This document shows positions 23,161 to 35,649 of a stretch of DNA of 64,000 bases, in pieces; within the stretch, counting starts at the first letter, position 1; every line of letters begins with the position of its first letter. The stretch lies in the NCBI RefSeq assembly GCF_054482525.1, contig NZ_CM137006.1; one strand, given 5' to 3'. The notes below the pieces were generated by a model that was not told the DNA's origin, did not search any database, and saw only the letters and a list, made by a program, of their open reading frames with translations. The position numbers and the translations under genes were made by a program.

Positions 23161-24228
23161 ATGTCCATTGGAGTCTTTAAGCTGTATGAAAATAAAATAG
23201 GTGGCACTGAGAAAGCAGTTGAAAATCTAATTGATATATTAACTAAAAACAGCCTACAAGTGAGATGTTTTTCAGCAATAAACGCACAAGAGATACAAGT
23301 TAGAGAAGATAATCGGAAAACCTACTTATTCCAAGACAATACTGCATATGAAGAAAGCAAATTAAGGTTTTACATTAAATATTTGTTTTTTTTGAGTGCC
23401 AAAAGTAAAGACCTTGAATTAATAATTTCCACGGATATAGCTACATCATCATTATTGTTATTGATTGGTTTTTTTCGGTGTAATAAGAATAAAATTATTT
23501 GCTGGGAACATTATCCATTTGACAAGAATAGTATTTTTTGGAGAAAAGTATTTAAATTTCTTTTGTCTCTTAATAAAAAAGCTGTAGTAGTTTGTAATTC
23601 TCACAAGGAAAAAGATAAGTTTACTTTTTGTAAAAGGGTTGTAATTATACCAAATTCAATCAAAACGCAAAAATATAAGCGCATACATCAAGGAAAAGAA
23701 ACTCTTGATTTGATTTATATTGGTCGGATTGTTAAAGATAAAGGAGTTGAAAGGTTAATTAATGCAGTAATAAATCACCCGTCTACAAAAAAGTATGTTT
23801 TACACATTGTAGGAGGTGGTCAAGAGCTGGAGTATCTCAAATCTAAATATAAGAATAACAACCAAATACACTTTCATGGACCGAGTTTAAACACAGATGT
23901 TTTTTTGGCAAAAAGTGATGTTTTTGTATCCGGTTCATACTTTGAATGTTTTCCTGTTACAATACTTGAAGCTATGTCCTACGGATTACCTGTAATTTCA
24001 ATGGATATATCTGGAGGGACAAGTAGCGTGATTTCTTCATCGGGTGGCGGATTTGTGTGTCAATCTCAAATTGAATTTCAGGAAAAACTAACTTACTTTG
24101 AAGATAATGTTAAACGAACCGAACACGGAAATGCAGGATTCCTATTCGTGAATAGACATTATACAGAAGAAATAGTTAGTGCTCAGTGGATGAGTTTGAT
24201 CAATCGAGCCAATAGTCAAGAAAATTAA
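23161..24228 (+). CDS. Glycosyltransferase family 4 (GT1 fold)
   Basis: 355 aa; C-terminal motif FPVTILEAMSYGLPVIS typical of retaining GT4 enzymes. Confidence 0.75.
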   Translation: MSIGVFKLYENKIGGTEKAVENLIDILTKNSLQVRCFSAINAQEIQVREDNRKTYLFQDNTAYEESKLRFYIKYLFFLSAKSKDLELIISTDIATSSLLLLIGFFRCNKNKIICWEHYPFDKNSIFWRKVFKFLLSLNKKAVVVCNSHKEKDKFTFCKRVVIIPNSIKTQKYKRIHQGKETLDLIYIGRIVKDKGVERLINAVINHPSTKKYVLHIVGGGQELEYLKSKYKNNNQIHFHGPSLNTDVFLAKSDVFVSGSYFECFPVTILEAMSYGLPVISMDISGGTSSVISSSGGGFVCQSQIEFQEKLTYFEDNVKRTEHGNAGFLFVNRHYTEEIVSAQWMSLINRANSQEN

Positions 24229-24248
24229 GGTATTGGAGCTATTAAAGT

Positions 24249-25265
24249 ATGAGCATACTTGTGACTGGTGGGGCTGGCTATATTGGCTCACATGCTATAT
24301 TAACTTTATTGCAAAATGGATATGATGTTATATCGCTAGATAATTATTGCAATTCCTCTCCAAAATCTCTAGAACGAGTAGAGGAAATTTGCTTATCTAA
24401 GATAAAAAAATTACGTGGTGATATTAGAGATAGACATATATTAAAAAATATCTTTTCAAAATATAATGTTTCTACTGTAATGCATTTTGCGGGTTTAAAA
24501 TCTGTTAACGAGTCCATTAAAAAACCATTAGAATATTACGACACAAATCTTTTGGGGACTCTAATATTACTTGATGAAATGCAGAAAGCGAATATTTCTA
24601 ATCTAATTTTTAGTTCGTCTGCTACTGTCTATGGCAATCCTCATTATGTTCCAATATCTGAAAAACACCCTGTCGGTGAGGTGATCAATCCGTACGGTCG
24701 TTCAAAGTTTATGGTGGAACATATATTGCGTGATTTTTGTAACGCGAATAGCGACGCAAATATCACAATACTAAGATATTTTAATCCTGTAGGTGCTCAT
24801 AAGACTGGATTAATTGGAGAAGATCCTTTAGGAACTCCTAATAACCTGTTTCCCTATGTTGCGCAAGTCGCAATTGGAAAATTACCCTATCTAAATGTTT
24901 TTGGTAATAAATATATGACAAAAGATGGAACAGGTGTAAGAGATTATATCCATGTAGTCGATTTAGTTGAGGGGCATCTTGCCGCTTTAAAAAATCTCAA
25001 TAGAAACCGGGGGCTTAAAGTTTTTAATTTAGGCACTGGTCAAGGTTATAGTGTGTTAGATATCATCGACGCTTTTAAACTGGAAACAGGACGCGATATA
25101 CCTTTCCGTATCGTTTCTGAGCGAAATGGAGATGTGGCTGAATGTTGGTCCGATCCTTCCTTAGCAAACGAGCAGCTAAGTTGGGTTGCTAAAAGGACTC
25201 TTAATAATATGGTGGAAGATGCATGGAGATGGCAAACAATGAATCCAAATGGATATAAAGAGTAA
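24249..25265 (+). CDS. UDP-glucose/UDP-galactose 4-epimerase (GalE family) encoded inside the O-antigen cluster
   Basis: 338 aa; TGGAGYIGSH Rossmann motif, SSSATVYG and YGRSK catalytic motifs of GalE-type epimerases. Confidence 0.85.
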   Translation: MSILVTGGAGYIGSHAILTLLQNGYDVISLDNYCNSSPKSLERVEEICLSKIKKLRGDIRDRHILKNIFSKYNVSTVMHFAGLKSVNESIKKPLEYYDTNLLGTLILLDEMQKANISNLIFSSSATVYGNPHYVPISEKHPVGEVINPYGRSKFMVEHILRDFCNANSDANITILRYFNPVGAHKTGLIGEDPLGTPNNLFPYVAQVAIGKLPYLNVFGNKYMTKDGTGVRDYIHVVDLVEGHLAALKNLNRNRGLKVFNLGTGQGYSVLDIIDAFKLETGRDIPFRIVSERNGDVAECWSDPSLANEQLSWVAKRTLNNMVEDAWRWQTMNPNGYKE

Positions 25266-25333
25266 ATTGAAACAATTATAATCATCCATTTCATTGCTTA
25301 CTGTATTGTTATCTATATATATGAAAACAAAAA

Positions 25334-26341
25334 ATGAAAATATTATATGATGGGATTGTGAAAAGTTTACAATCATATGGTGGTATCACTGTATACTTTG
25401 AAGAAATCATTAAGAGATTAAAAAATGACGAATACAAATTCATTCAATTTAATGATAAAAATGAAAATCACAATGATGATCTCCATCGGCCATGCCGGTT
25501 TTTAGAACGATATAGATGTTTTGAAGCATTAAAAAGTGATTCAGATTACAGTATATTTCATTCTACATATTATCGGGTTCCGAAAGATGGGGAATATGCG
25601 GTTGTGACCACGGTCCACGATTTCACATATGAATTGTATATGAAAGGACTTCGGCGCAATGTTCATAGCTTACAAAAAAGATGGGCTGTGAAACATAGCG
25701 ATGCAATCATTTGTGTCTCTAATAATACAGCCAAGGATTTAATTAATTTCTTTAAGGTTGATGAAAAAAAGATACATGTTATTCATAATGGTGTATCGGA
25801 AGATTATAGACACTTAAATCTAGAAAAAGAAAATTTTGTGCTTTTTGTCGGTGCTCGTTCAGGATATAAAAATTTTGAGCTTGCAGTTAAAGCCGTTTCT
25901 AAACTTTTTGATACTAATCTTAAAATAGTCGGCGGAGGTGGTTTAAATAAAGCAGAAATGAAGTTACTATCTGAATATCTTCCAGAAAGATTCCAGTACT
26001 TAGGGAAGGTATCAAATGAAAAACTAAATATATTATATAATTCGGCTTATTGCTTAATCTATCCTTCAGAATATGAAGGGTTTGGAATTCCCTTGCTTGA
26101 GGCTATGCGAACTGGCTGTCCTGTGATAGCCGTAAATAGATCATCAATACCCGAGGTTGTGGGGGATAGTGCGATTTTAGTCGAAGAAGTATCAATTGAA
26201 AGTTTATTCTCAGCTTTATTAAGTGTAGAAGCTAACGCTAATGAATTAAAAAATAAAGGATTAGCGCAATCTAATAAATTTTCATGGGGGAAGTGTTTCT
26301 CCGAAACATATAATCTATATAAATCACTATCTAAGTTTTGA
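25334..26341 (+). CDS. Glycosyltransferase family 4
   Basis: 335 aa; [21 protein letters not shown] motif (E-x7-E). Confidence 0.78.
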   Translation: MKILYDGIVKSLQSYGGITVYFEEIIKRLKNDEYKFIQFNDKNENHNDDLHRPCRFLERYRCFEALKSDSDYSIFHSTYYRVPKDGEYAVVTTVHDFTYELYMKGLRRNVHSLQKRWAVKHSDAIICVSNNTAKDLINFFKVDEKKIHVIHNGVSEDYRHLNLEKENFVLFVGARSGYKNFELAVKAVSKLFDTNLKIVGGGGLNKAEMKLLSEYLPERFQYLGKVSNEKLNILYNSAYCLIYPSEYEGFGIPLLEAMRTGCPVIAVNRSSIPEVVGDSAILVEEVSIESLFSALLSVEANANELKNKGLAQSNKFSWGKCFSETYNLYKSLSKF

Positions 26342-26351
26342 GAGGTTATTT

Positions 26352-27473
26352 ATGTGTAAGAAAGCTTTAATTACAGGAATTACCGGGCAAGATGGTTCCT
26401 ACTTGGCAGAATTTCTGCTTAAAAAAGGCTATGAGGTTCATGGAATAAAACGTCGATCTTCCTTGTTTAATACTGACCGTATTGATCATATATATCAAGA
26501 CCCACACCATCGTAATTTAAAATTACAACTTCATTATGGTGATTTAACAGATACTTCTAATTTGACTCGGATATTATCTGAAGTTCAACCTGATGAAGTT
26601 TATAATCTTGGCGCAATGAGTCACGTAGCTGTTTCCTTCGAATCCCCAGAATATACAGCTGATGTTGATGCTATAGGTACTTTACGATTATTGGAAGCTA
26701 TTCGTTTTTTGGGATTAGAAAAAAAAACCCGATTTTATCAGGCGTCAACCTCTGAATTGTATGGATTAGTTCAGGAAGTTCCACAAAAAGAGACAACGCC
26801 GTTCTATCCTCGTTCACCTTATGCCGTAGCTAAACTGTATGCATATTGGATCACTGTAAACTATCGTGAGTCTTATGGAATGTATGCATGTAACGGTATT
26901 TTGTTCAATCATGAATCCCCACGTCGTGGGGAAACGTTTGTAACACGTAAAATCACACGTGCTATAGCTAATATATCGCAGGGAATAGAAAAATGCTTAT
27001 ATCTTGGCAACATGGATTCTTTACGCGATTGGGGGCATGCGAAAGATTATGTTCGTATGCAATGGATGATGCTTCAACAAGACCAGCCAGAAGACTTTGT
27101 TATTGCCACCGGCAAACAAATATCTGTACGTGAATTTGTCCGTATGTCTGCTAAAGAAGTTGGACTTGAACTTGAGTTTTCCGGTACTGGTGTTGATGAG
27201 ATTGCATTTGTTGTAAATAAAACATCAGATTGCGCCGTTGGTGTTAATATTGGTGATGTTATTGTTCGCGTTGACCCTCGTTATTTTCGACCAGCAGAAG
27301 TTGAAACTCTTCTTGGTGATCCAACAAAAGCAAAAAATGTCTTGGGTTGGGAGCCAGAGATTACAGTTGAAGAAATGTGTGCAGAAATGGTGGCTAGTGA
27401 TTTAGAAAAAGCTAAACAGCATGCACTTCTTAAAAGCCATGGTTTTGACGTGGCAGTCTCTTTGGAGCGTTAA
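26352..27473 (+). CDS. gmd: GDP-mannose 4,6-dehydratase (O-antigen copy, low GC)
   Basis: 373 aa; protein highly similar to colanic acid Gmd (3691..4812) but with divergent, AT-richer codon usage. Confidence 0.93.
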   Translation: MCKKALITGITGQDGSYLAEFLLKKGYEVHGIKRRSSLFNTDRIDHIYQDPHHRNLKLQLHYGDLTDTSNLTRILSEVQPDEVYNLGAMSHVAVSFESPEYTADVDAIGTLRLLEAIRFLGLEKKTRFYQASTSELYGLVQEVPQKETTPFYPRSPYAVAKLYAYWITVNYRESYGMYACNGILFNHESPRRGETFVTRKITRAIANISQGIEKCLYLGNMDSLRDWGHAKDYVRMQWMMLQQDQPEDFVIATGKQISVREFVRMSAKEVGLELEFSGTGVDEIAFVVNKTSDCAVGVNIGDVIVRVDPRYFRPAEVETLLGDPTKAKNVLGWEPEITVEEMCAEMVASDLEKAKQHALLKSHGFDVAVSLER

Positions 27474-27476
27474 AGT

Positions 27477-28442
27477 ATGACCAAGAAGCGAATTTTTGTG
27501 GCTGGACATCGTGGGATGGTTGGTTCTGCTATTTGTCGTCAATTATTAGCACGTAATGATGTTGAGTTAATTGTCAAAACTCACAAAGAACTCGATTTGA
27601 CAGTTCAAAAGGATGTTGAATGTTTTTTTGAGCAAGAGAGAATAGATCAGGTTTACCTTGCAGCAGCAAAAGTAGGAGGAATTCATGCTAATAACACTTT
27701 TCCAGCTGAATTTATTTATCAGAACCTTCTTATTGAAAGCAATATTATTCACTCATCTTACAAAGCGGGCATAAAGAAACTATTATTCTTAGGGTCAAGT
27801 TGTATCTATCCAAAGTTTGCAGAACAGCCAATGAAAGAATCTGCACTTTTGACGGGAACTCTTGAGCCTACTAATGAGCCTTATGCTATTTCCAAAATAG
27901 CAGGTATAAAGCTATGTGAATCTTATAATCGCCAATATGGATGTGATTATCGCAGTGTAATGCCTACTAACTTATATGGTATGAATGATAATTTTCATCC
28001 CAATAACTCACATGTAATTCCAGCGCTTATGCGGCGTTTTCATGAAGCAAAGGAACTTGGTTTAAATGAAGTGGTTGTCTGGGGAACGGGAACTCCAAAA
28101 CGCGAGTTTTTATATGTTGATGATATGGCCGCTGCATCAGTATATGTGATGGAGCTTGATGATGAAATTTATAAAAAAAATACTCAACCAATGTTATCTC
28201 ATATTAACGTAGGTACTGGTGTTGATTGTTCCATACGTGAAATGGCAGAAACAATGGCTTTAGTTGTTGGCTATGATGGAAAAATTGTTTTTGATATAAC
28301 AAAACCAGATGGTTCGCCTCGTAAACTTATGGATGTTACACGCCTTGAGAATTTGGGTTGGAAATATCGTTATAATTTAAAACAAGGACTAGAATTAACA
28401 TATAAATGGTTTATAAATAATCTTGACTCATTTAGGAGTTAA
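27477..28442 (+). CDS. fcl: GDP-L-fucose synthase (O-antigen copy)
   Basis: 321 aa; paralogue of 4815..5780 with the same motifs. Confidence 0.93.
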   Translation: MTKKRIFVAGHRGMVGSAICRQLLARNDVELIVKTHKELDLTVQKDVECFFEQERIDQVYLAAAKVGGIHANNTFPAEFIYQNLLIESNIIHSSYKAGIKKLLFLGSSCIYPKFAEQPMKESALLTGTLEPTNEPYAISKIAGIKLCESYNRQYGCDYRSVMPTNLYGMNDNFHPNNSHVIPALMRRFHEAKELGLNEVVVWGTGTPKREFLYVDDMAAASVYVMELDDEIYKKNTQPMLSHINVGTGVDCSIREMAETMALVVGYDGKIVFDITKPDGSPRKLMDVTRLENLGWKYRYNLKQGLELTYKWFINNLDSFRS

Positions 28443-28444
28443 TA

Positions 28445-28900
28445 TTGAACAAGAGATTAGAAACAGAGTTATTTAAATCAATAGTTGAACATACTCCACT
28501 AATCTCGATAGACCTTATTATAAGAAACGAAGATGGTAAGGCGCTGCTTGGTCAGCGCCTTAATCGTCCAGCACAAAATTATTGGTTTGTGCCGGGGGGA
28601 CGGATTCTTAAAGATGAGTCTTTCGAGAACGCATTCAAAAGAGTTACTTTAGAAGAATTGGGTGTTCAAATTAGCATTAATGAAGCAAAATTTCTTGGGA
28701 TTTATGAACATTTCTACAGCGACAATTTTTCTGGGACTTGTTTTTCAACTCATTATGTCGTACACGGATATGAGATTAGTTTGATGCCACATCAAATTAA
28801 CTATCCAACACTACAACATAGTACTTACAATTGGTTCGATATAGCCGAATTGTTAGCTAATTCCTCAGTTCATCAGTACACAAAAAATTATTTTAAGTGA
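28445..28900 (+). CDS. gmm: GDP-mannose mannosyl hydrolase (O-antigen copy; apparent TTG start)
   Basis: 151 aa; aligns with colanic acid Gmm (NRPAQ.YWFVPGG); no in-frame ATG near the start, TTG at 28445 just after the fcl stop. Confidence 0.8.
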   Translation: MNKRLETELFKSIVEHTPLISIDLIIRNEDGKALLGQRLNRPAQNYWFVPGGRILKDESFENAFKRVTLEELGVQISINEAKFLGIYEHFYSDNFSGTCFSTHYVVHGYEISLMPHQINYPTLQHSTYNWFDIAELLANSSVHQYTKNYFK

Positions 28901-28911
28901 AGGTTATTTAT

Positions 28912-30297
28912 ATGCTACTTCCTGTTGTAATGGCCGGTGGTTCTGGAACTAGATTGTGGCCACTTTCTCGAACACTATATCCGAAGCAATTCCTATCGTT
29001 AACTAGTCGTTTGACTATGCTACAAGAGACCTTAAGAAGGCTTGAAGGGGTTGAACATCGTCCTGCTCTGGTTATTTGTAATGAAGTTCATCGTTTTATC
29101 GTTGCAGAACAGATGCGTAATGTAAATTTAGCGAATAGTGGCATTTTACTAGAGCCGATAGGTCGTAATACAGCCCCCGCAGTTGCGCTTGCTGCTCTTA
29201 AAGCGATTTCATCAGGTGAGGATCCAATACTGCTTGTACTAGCAGCCGATCATGAAATACAAGACCAAAAGCGCTTTATATCGTCAATATTGGCTGCAAA
29301 AGAATTTGCAGAGGAAGGTAAGCTGGTAACTTTTGGTATTGTGCCAACCAAACCCGAAACTGGATATGGCTACATAAAAACCGGAGAAAATTTAAATGAA
29401 TATGGTTTTAAAGTTTCTGCTTTTGTTGAAAAGCCTGAGCTAGATGTGGCCAAAAAATATCTTGAAGATGGAGATTATCTTTGGAATAGTGGAATATTCA
29501 TGTTTAGGGCTTCTGTGTTTATTGATGAGTTGAATAAATTTAGACCAGACATACTAAAAATATGCCAACAAGCATTGAAGTCCTCTACACAAGATCTTGA
29601 TTTTATCCGTATAGATAATGACTCATTTAGTTGTTGCCCTGAAGAATCCATTGATTACGCTGTTATGGAGAAAACAACAGAGGCTGTGGTAGTTCCATTA
29701 AATGCCCACTGGAGCGATGTTGGTTCTTGGTCTGCATTATGGGAAATTAGCAGAAAAGATAAAAGTGGAAATGCAATTAGAGGAGATGTATTAATTCATG
29801 ATTCTTCTGACAGTTATCTTTACTCACAACATAGATTAATTGGTGTAGTAGGAGTTAAAGATTTAGTAGTTGTTGAAACTAAAGATGCTATTCTCGTTGC
29901 GCATAAAGATAAAGTTCAACAGGTAAAAAATATTGTAGAAAAACTTAAAGTTAATAACCGTACGGAATATCTGCAGCATCGTGAAATATTTAGGCCATGG
30001 GGCAGTCATGACTCTATAGCGGAAGGATCTCGATTTGAGGTTAAACATGTCGTTATTCATCCTGGACATAAAACTGCTAAACAGATTCATTACCATCGTA
30101 CTGAGCATTGGATTGTTGTTTCTGGAACAGCAAAAGTCCATTATGAAGATGAAATATTTCTTGTTTCTGAAAATGAATCAACTTATATACCAATAGGTGT
30201 ACCTCATTTTATTGAGAATCCAGGAAAGATCCCTTTGGAGATTATTGAGGTACGTTCAGGTGTCTACTTGGATGAAGATGATGTTGTTAGAATCTAA
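28912..30297 (+). CDS. manC: Mannose-1-phosphate guanylyltransferase (O-antigen copy)
   Basis: ORF 28897..30297; start chosen at [16 protein letters not shown] (ATG 28912) by alignment with CpsB; low-GC paralogue. Confidence 0.9.
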   Translation: MLLPVVMAGGSGTRLWPLSRTLYPKQFLSLTSRLTMLQETLRRLEGVEHRPALVICNEVHRFIVAEQMRNVNLANSGILLEPIGRNTAPAVALAALKAISSGEDPILLVLAADHEIQDQKRFISSILAAKEFAEEGKLVTFGIVPTKPETGYGYIKTGENLNEYGFKVSAFVEKPELDVAKKYLEDGDYLWNSGIFMFRASVFIDELNKFRPDILKICQQALKSSTQDLDFIRIDNDSFSCCPEESIDYAVMEKTTEAVVVPLNAHWSDVGSWSALWEISRKDKSGNAIRGDVLIHDSSDSYLYSQHRLIGVVGVKDLVVVETKDAILVAHKDKVQQVKNIVEKLKVNNRTEYLQHREIFRPWGSHDSIAEGSRFEVKHVVIHPGHKTAKQIHYHRTEHWIVVSGTAKVHYEDEIFLVSENESTYIPIGVPHFIENPGKIPLEIIEVRSGVYLDEDDVVRI

Positions 30298-30368
30298 AAT
30301 GATGCTGGATACTAATGCAACATTATTATTCGTAATGCTGTACTGACGTTATTTAATTATGATTATTA

Positions 30369-31127
30369 TTGGATGTTAAAATGAAAGTCAGTATTATTAC
30401 AGTGACTTATAATAGTGAAAAGACTTTAAGGGATACTTTAGAGTCAATAGAGTTGCAAACCTATAAAGATATAGAGTATATAATTATTGATGGTGGTTCT
30501 ACAGATAATACGTTAAAACTAATTAACGAAGTATCAACAAGAGTAACCAAATGTCTATCAGAAAGCGATAACGGTATCTATGATGCTTTAAATAAAGGTA
30601 TAAATTTATCTACGGGAGATATTATTGGATTCGTTCATTCTGATGACCTTTTAGCAAGACCTGATATTATTGAAACTATTGTAAGCCGTTTCCATGAGAC
30701 AAAAGCGGATGTTGTATACGGTGATTTGGTTTTTTTCGAAAAAAACCAAACTGATATAATCAAACGATACTGGCGTAGTGGTCCTTTTAAACGTTCTAAG
30801 CTATCATTAGGCTGGGCACCACCGCATCCATCTTTCTATATGAGGAGGGAATTATATAAAGACGATGGATATTTTGATTTATCCTATAGGATTGCTGCAG
30901 ACTATGATCAGATGGTCAGGATTTTGAAACGTGATGATATTAAAGTTATTTATGTTCCTCAAGTATTTGTAAAGATGAGATTGGGTGGGGAAAGTACCAG
31001 AATTGATAACGCGATATCAAGTACAAAGGAAATTGTAGAAGTTATGAAAAACCATAATGTAAATTGGAAAATTGCTATCATTATCAGAAAAATCTCAAAA
31101 CTAATGCAATTGTTTGCGCATAAATAA
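30369..31127 (+). CDS. Glycosyltransferase family 2 (WcaE-like), inserted between manC and manB
   Basis: 252 aa; IIDGGSTDNT and DNGIYDALNKG motifs; start may be the internal Met at 30381. Confidence 0.8.
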   Translation: MDVKMKVSIITVTYNSEKTLRDTLESIELQTYKDIEYIIIDGGSTDNTLKLINEVSTRVTKCLSESDNGIYDALNKGINLSTGDIIGFVHSDDLLARPDIIETIVSRFHETKADVVYGDLVFFEKNQTDIIKRYWRSGPFKRSKLSLGWAPPHPSFYMRRELYKDDGYFDLSYRIAADYDQMVRILKRDDIKVIYVPQVFVKMRLGGESTRIDNAISSTKEIVEVMKNHNVNWKIAIIIRKISKLMQLFAHK

Positions 31128-31151
31128 TTTTATTATTGGTAAGGTTTTTAT

Positions 31152-32522
31152 ATGAAAAAATTAACCTGCTTTAAAGCCTATGATATTCGCGGGAAATTAG
31201 GCGAAGAACTGAATGAAGATATTGCGTGGCGCATTGGTCGCGCCTATGGCGAATTTCTCAAACCGAAAACCATTGTGTTAGGCGGTGACGTCCGCCTCAC
31301 CAGCGAAACCTTAAAACTGGCGCTGGCGAGAGGTTTACAGGATGCGGGCGTCGATGTGCTGGATATCGGCATGTCCGGCACCGAAGAGATCTATTTCGCC
31401 ACGTTCCATCTCGGCGTGGATGGCGGCATTGAAGTTACCGCCAGCCATAATCCGATGGATTATAACGGCATGAAGCTGGTTCGCGAGGGGGCTCGCCCGA
31501 TCAGCGGAGATACCGGACTGCGCGACGTCCAGCGTCTGGCTGAAGCCAACGACTTTCCTCCCGTCGATGAAACCAAACGCGGTCGCTATCAGCAAATCAA
31601 CCTGCGTGACGCTTACGTTGATCACCTGTTCGGTTATATCAATGTCAAAAACCTCACGCCGCTCAAGCTGGTGATCAACTCCGGGAACGGCGCAGCGGGT
31701 CCGGTGGTGGACGCTATCGAAGCCCGCTTTAAAGCCCTCGGCGCACCTGTGGAATTGATCAAAGTGCACAACACGCCGGACGGCAATTTCCCCAACGGTA
31801 TTCCTAACCCGCTGCTGCCGGAATGTCGCGACGACACCCGCAATGCGGTCATTAAACACGGCGCGGATATGGGCATTGCCTTTGATGGCGATTTTGACCG
31901 CTGTTTCCTGTTTGACGAAAAAGGGCAGTTTATCGAGGGCTACTACATTGTCGGCCTGCTGGCAGAAGCGTTCCTCGAAAAAAATCCCGGCGCGAAGATC
32001 ATCCACGATCCACGTCTCTCCTGGAATACCGTTGATGTGGTGACCGCCGCGGGCGGCACACCGGTGATGTCGAAAACCGGACACGCCTTTATTAAAGAAC
32101 GTATGCGCAAGGAAGACGCCATCTACGGTGGCGAAATGAGCGCCCACCACTATTTCCGTGATTTCGCTTACTGCGACAGCGGCATGATCCCGTGGCTGCT
32201 GGTCGCCGAACTGGTGTGTCTGAAAGGAAAAACGCTGGGCGAACTGGTGCGCGACCGGATGGCAGCGTTTCCGGCAAGCGGTGAGATCAACAGCAAACTG
32301 GCGCAACCCGCTGAGGCGATTAATCGCGTCGAACAGCATTTTAGCCGTGAGGCGCTGGCGGTGGATCGCACCGATGGCATCAGCATGACCTTTGCCGACT
32401 GGCGCTTTAACCTGCGCTCCTCCAACACCGAACCGGTGGTGCGCCTGAATGTGGAATCGCGCGGTGATGTGCCGCTGATGGAAGAAAAGACAAAACTTAT
32501 CCTTGCGTTATTGAACAAGTAA
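31152..32522 (+). CDS. manB: Phosphomannomutase (O-antigen copy; mosaic, near-identical to cpsG over most of its length)
   Basis: 456 aa; spot comparisons of 60-bp blocks against 9023..10393 show 0-3 mismatches each; only the last ~40-50 bp diverge. Confidence 0.93.
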   Translation: MKKLTCFKAYDIRGKLGEELNEDIAWRIGRAYGEFLKPKTIVLGGDVRLTSETLKLALARGLQDAGVDVLDIGMSGTEEIYFATFHLGVDGGIEVTASHNPMDYNGMKLVREGARPISGDTGLRDVQRLAEANDFPPVDETKRGRYQQINLRDAYVDHLFGYINVKNLTPLKLVINSGNGAAGPVVDAIEARFKALGAPVELIKVHNTPDGNFPNGIPNPLLPECRDDTRNAVIKHGADMGIAFDGDFDRCFLFDEKGQFIEGYYIVGLLAEAFLEKNPGAKIIHDPRLSWNTVDVVTAAGGTPVMSKTGHAFIKERMRKEDAIYGGEMSAHHYFRDFAYCDSGMIPWLLVAELVCLKGKTLGELVRDRMAAFPASGEINSKLAQPAEAINRVEQHFSREALAVDRTDGISMTFADWRFNLRSSNTEPVVRLNVESRGDVPLMEEKTKLILALLNK

Positions 32523-32685
32523 TTCAGTAATTTCATATAAATAAGTTTTAAAAGACGGAAAAGATGAGATATTCAGTGTGGTATAGCAAAGGTACTGCTA
32601 TTCACCATCTCTATGAGTGAGTTAACATCTATACCACATTTAAGCCGCACACTCGGCGGTGAACACCCCCTGACAGGAGTATACA

Positions 32686-34092
32686 ATGTCAAAGCAACAG
32701 ATCGGCGTCGTCGGTATGGCAGTGATGGGGCGCAACCTTGCGCTCAACATCGAAAGCCGTGGTTATACCGTCTCTATTTTCAACCGTTCCCGTGAAAAGA
32801 CGGAAGAAGTGATTGCCGAAAATCCAGGCAAGAAACTGGTTCCTTACTATACAGTGAAAGAGTTTGTTGAATCTCTGGAAACGCCTCGTCGCATCCTGTT
32901 AATGGTGAAAGCAGGTGCTGGCACGGATGCTGCTATTGATTCCCTCAAACCATACCTCGATAAAGGTGACATCATCATTGATGGTGGTAATACCTTCTTC
33001 CAGGACACCATTCGTCGTAACCGTGAGCTTTCTGCCGAAGGCTTTAACTTCATTGGTACCGGTGTTTCCGGTGGTGAAGAAGGCGCGCTGAAAGGTCCTT
33101 CCATTATGCCTGGTGGGCAGAAAGAAGCCTATGAACTGGTTGCACCGATCCTGACCAAAATCGCCGCAGTGGCTGAAGACGGTGAGCCATGCGTTACCTA
33201 TATCGGTGCCGATGGTGCAGGCCATTATGTGAAGATGGTTCACAACGGTATTGAATACGGCGATATGCAACTGATTGCTGAAGCCTATTCTCTGCTTAAA
33301 GGTGGCCTGAACCTCACCAACGAAGAACTGGCGCAGACCTTTACCGAGTGGAATAACGGTGAACTGAGCAGCTACCTGATCGACATCACCAAAGACATCT
33401 TCACTAAAAAAGATGAAGACGGTAACTACCTGGTTGATGTGATCCTGGATGAAGCGGCTAACAAAGGTACCGGTAAATGGACCAGCCAGAGCGCGCTGGA
33501 TCTCGGAGAACCGCTGTCGCTGATTACCGAGTCTGTGTTTGCACGTTATATCTCTTCTCTGAAAGATCAGCGCGTTGCCGCATCTAAAGTTCTCTCTGGT
33601 CCGCAAGCTCAGTCAGCAGGCGACAAGGCTGAGTTCATCGAAAAAGTTCGCCGTGCGCTGTATCTGGGCAAAATCGTTTCTTACGCTCAGGGCTTCTCTC
33701 AGCTGCGTGCTGCGTCTGAAGAATACAACTGGGATCTGAACTACGGCGAAATCGCGAAGATTTTCCGTGCTGGCTGCATCATCCGTGCGCAGTTCCTGCA
33801 GAAAATCACCGATGCATATGCCGAAAATCCGCAGATCGCTAACCTGCTGCTGGCTCCGTACTTCAAGCAAATTGCCGATGACTACCAGCAGGCGCTGCGT
33901 GATGTCGTTGCTTATGCAGTACAGAACGGTATCCCGGTTCCGACCTTCGCCGCTGCGGTTGCCTATTACGATAGCTACCGTGCCGCTGTTCTGCCTGCGA
34001 ACCTGATCCAGGCACAGCGTGACTATTTCGGTGCACATACTTATAAGCGCATTGATAAAGAAGGTGTGTTCCATACTGAATGGCTGGATTAA
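32686..34092 (+). CDS. gnd: 6-phosphogluconate dehydrogenase, decarboxylating
   Basis: 468 aa; N-terminal [19 protein letters not shown]-binding motif; canonical position after the O-antigen cluster. Confidence 0.96.
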   Translation: MSKQQIGVVGMAVMGRNLALNIESRGYTVSIFNRSREKTEEVIAENPGKKLVPYYTVKEFVESLETPRRILLMVKAGAGTDAAIDSLKPYLDKGDIIIDGGNTFFQDTIRRNRELSAEGFNFIGTGVSGGEEGALKGPSIMPGGQKEAYELVAPILTKIAAVAEDGEPCVTYIGADGAGHYVKMVHNGIEYGDMQLIAEAYSLLKGGLNLTNEELAQTFTEWNNGELSSYLIDITKDIFTKKDEDGNYLVDVILDEAANKGTGKWTSQSALDLGEPLSLITESVFARYISSLKDQRVAASKVLSGPQAQSAGDKAEFIEKVRRALYLGKIVSYAQGFSQLRAASEEYNWDLNYGEIAKIFRAGCIIRAQFLQKITDAYAENPQIANLLLAPYFKQIADDYQQALRDVVAYAVQNGIPVPTFAAAVAYYDSYRAAVLPANLIQAQRDYFGAHTYKRIDKEGVFHTEWLD

Positions 34093-34119
34093 TCTGATTT
34101 AACCAACAATAAAATTGAG

Positions 34120-34150
34120 GCCCGGCGTATATTGCACCGGGCTTTTTTTT
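34120..34150 (+). terminator. Rho-independent terminator downstream of gnd
   Basis: Stem gcccgg/ccgggc with 11-nt loop followed by T8 run, read directly. Confidence 0.7.
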
Positions 34151-34331
34151 GCCATTTATCTTATAGACTAAATTTCACTGCTTAATATTAACTTAATAAA
34201 TATCAGCTATTCTTATAAAGAAAATCTGAATTGTTTTTCGTTGCGTTGACCATCTTACAACGTAGCGTTAAAACTTTTAACTCTTATCAGGATGCTAAAA
34301 ACATCATGATTCACAGTTAAGTTAATTCTGA

Positions 34332-35507
<1,176 letters not shown>

Positions 35508-35649
35508 CATCTTGTTATCAGGGCTATTTACGCCCTGATTGTCTTTTGTTACTTCCTCAACAATTCATTATTTTTATCATTTATCCTATAGCATTCACGA
35601 GGATTATCGCTAAACTATGCGGACTTGGAAATTTCCGTCAGTTAGGGTA

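Noticed and set aside
9023-32470. The cpsG/manB 1.3-kb direct repeat as possible IS elements or a composite transposon
   Set aside because: The repeats are functional paralogous genes with no terminal inverted repeats or transposase; they are explained by gene conversion.
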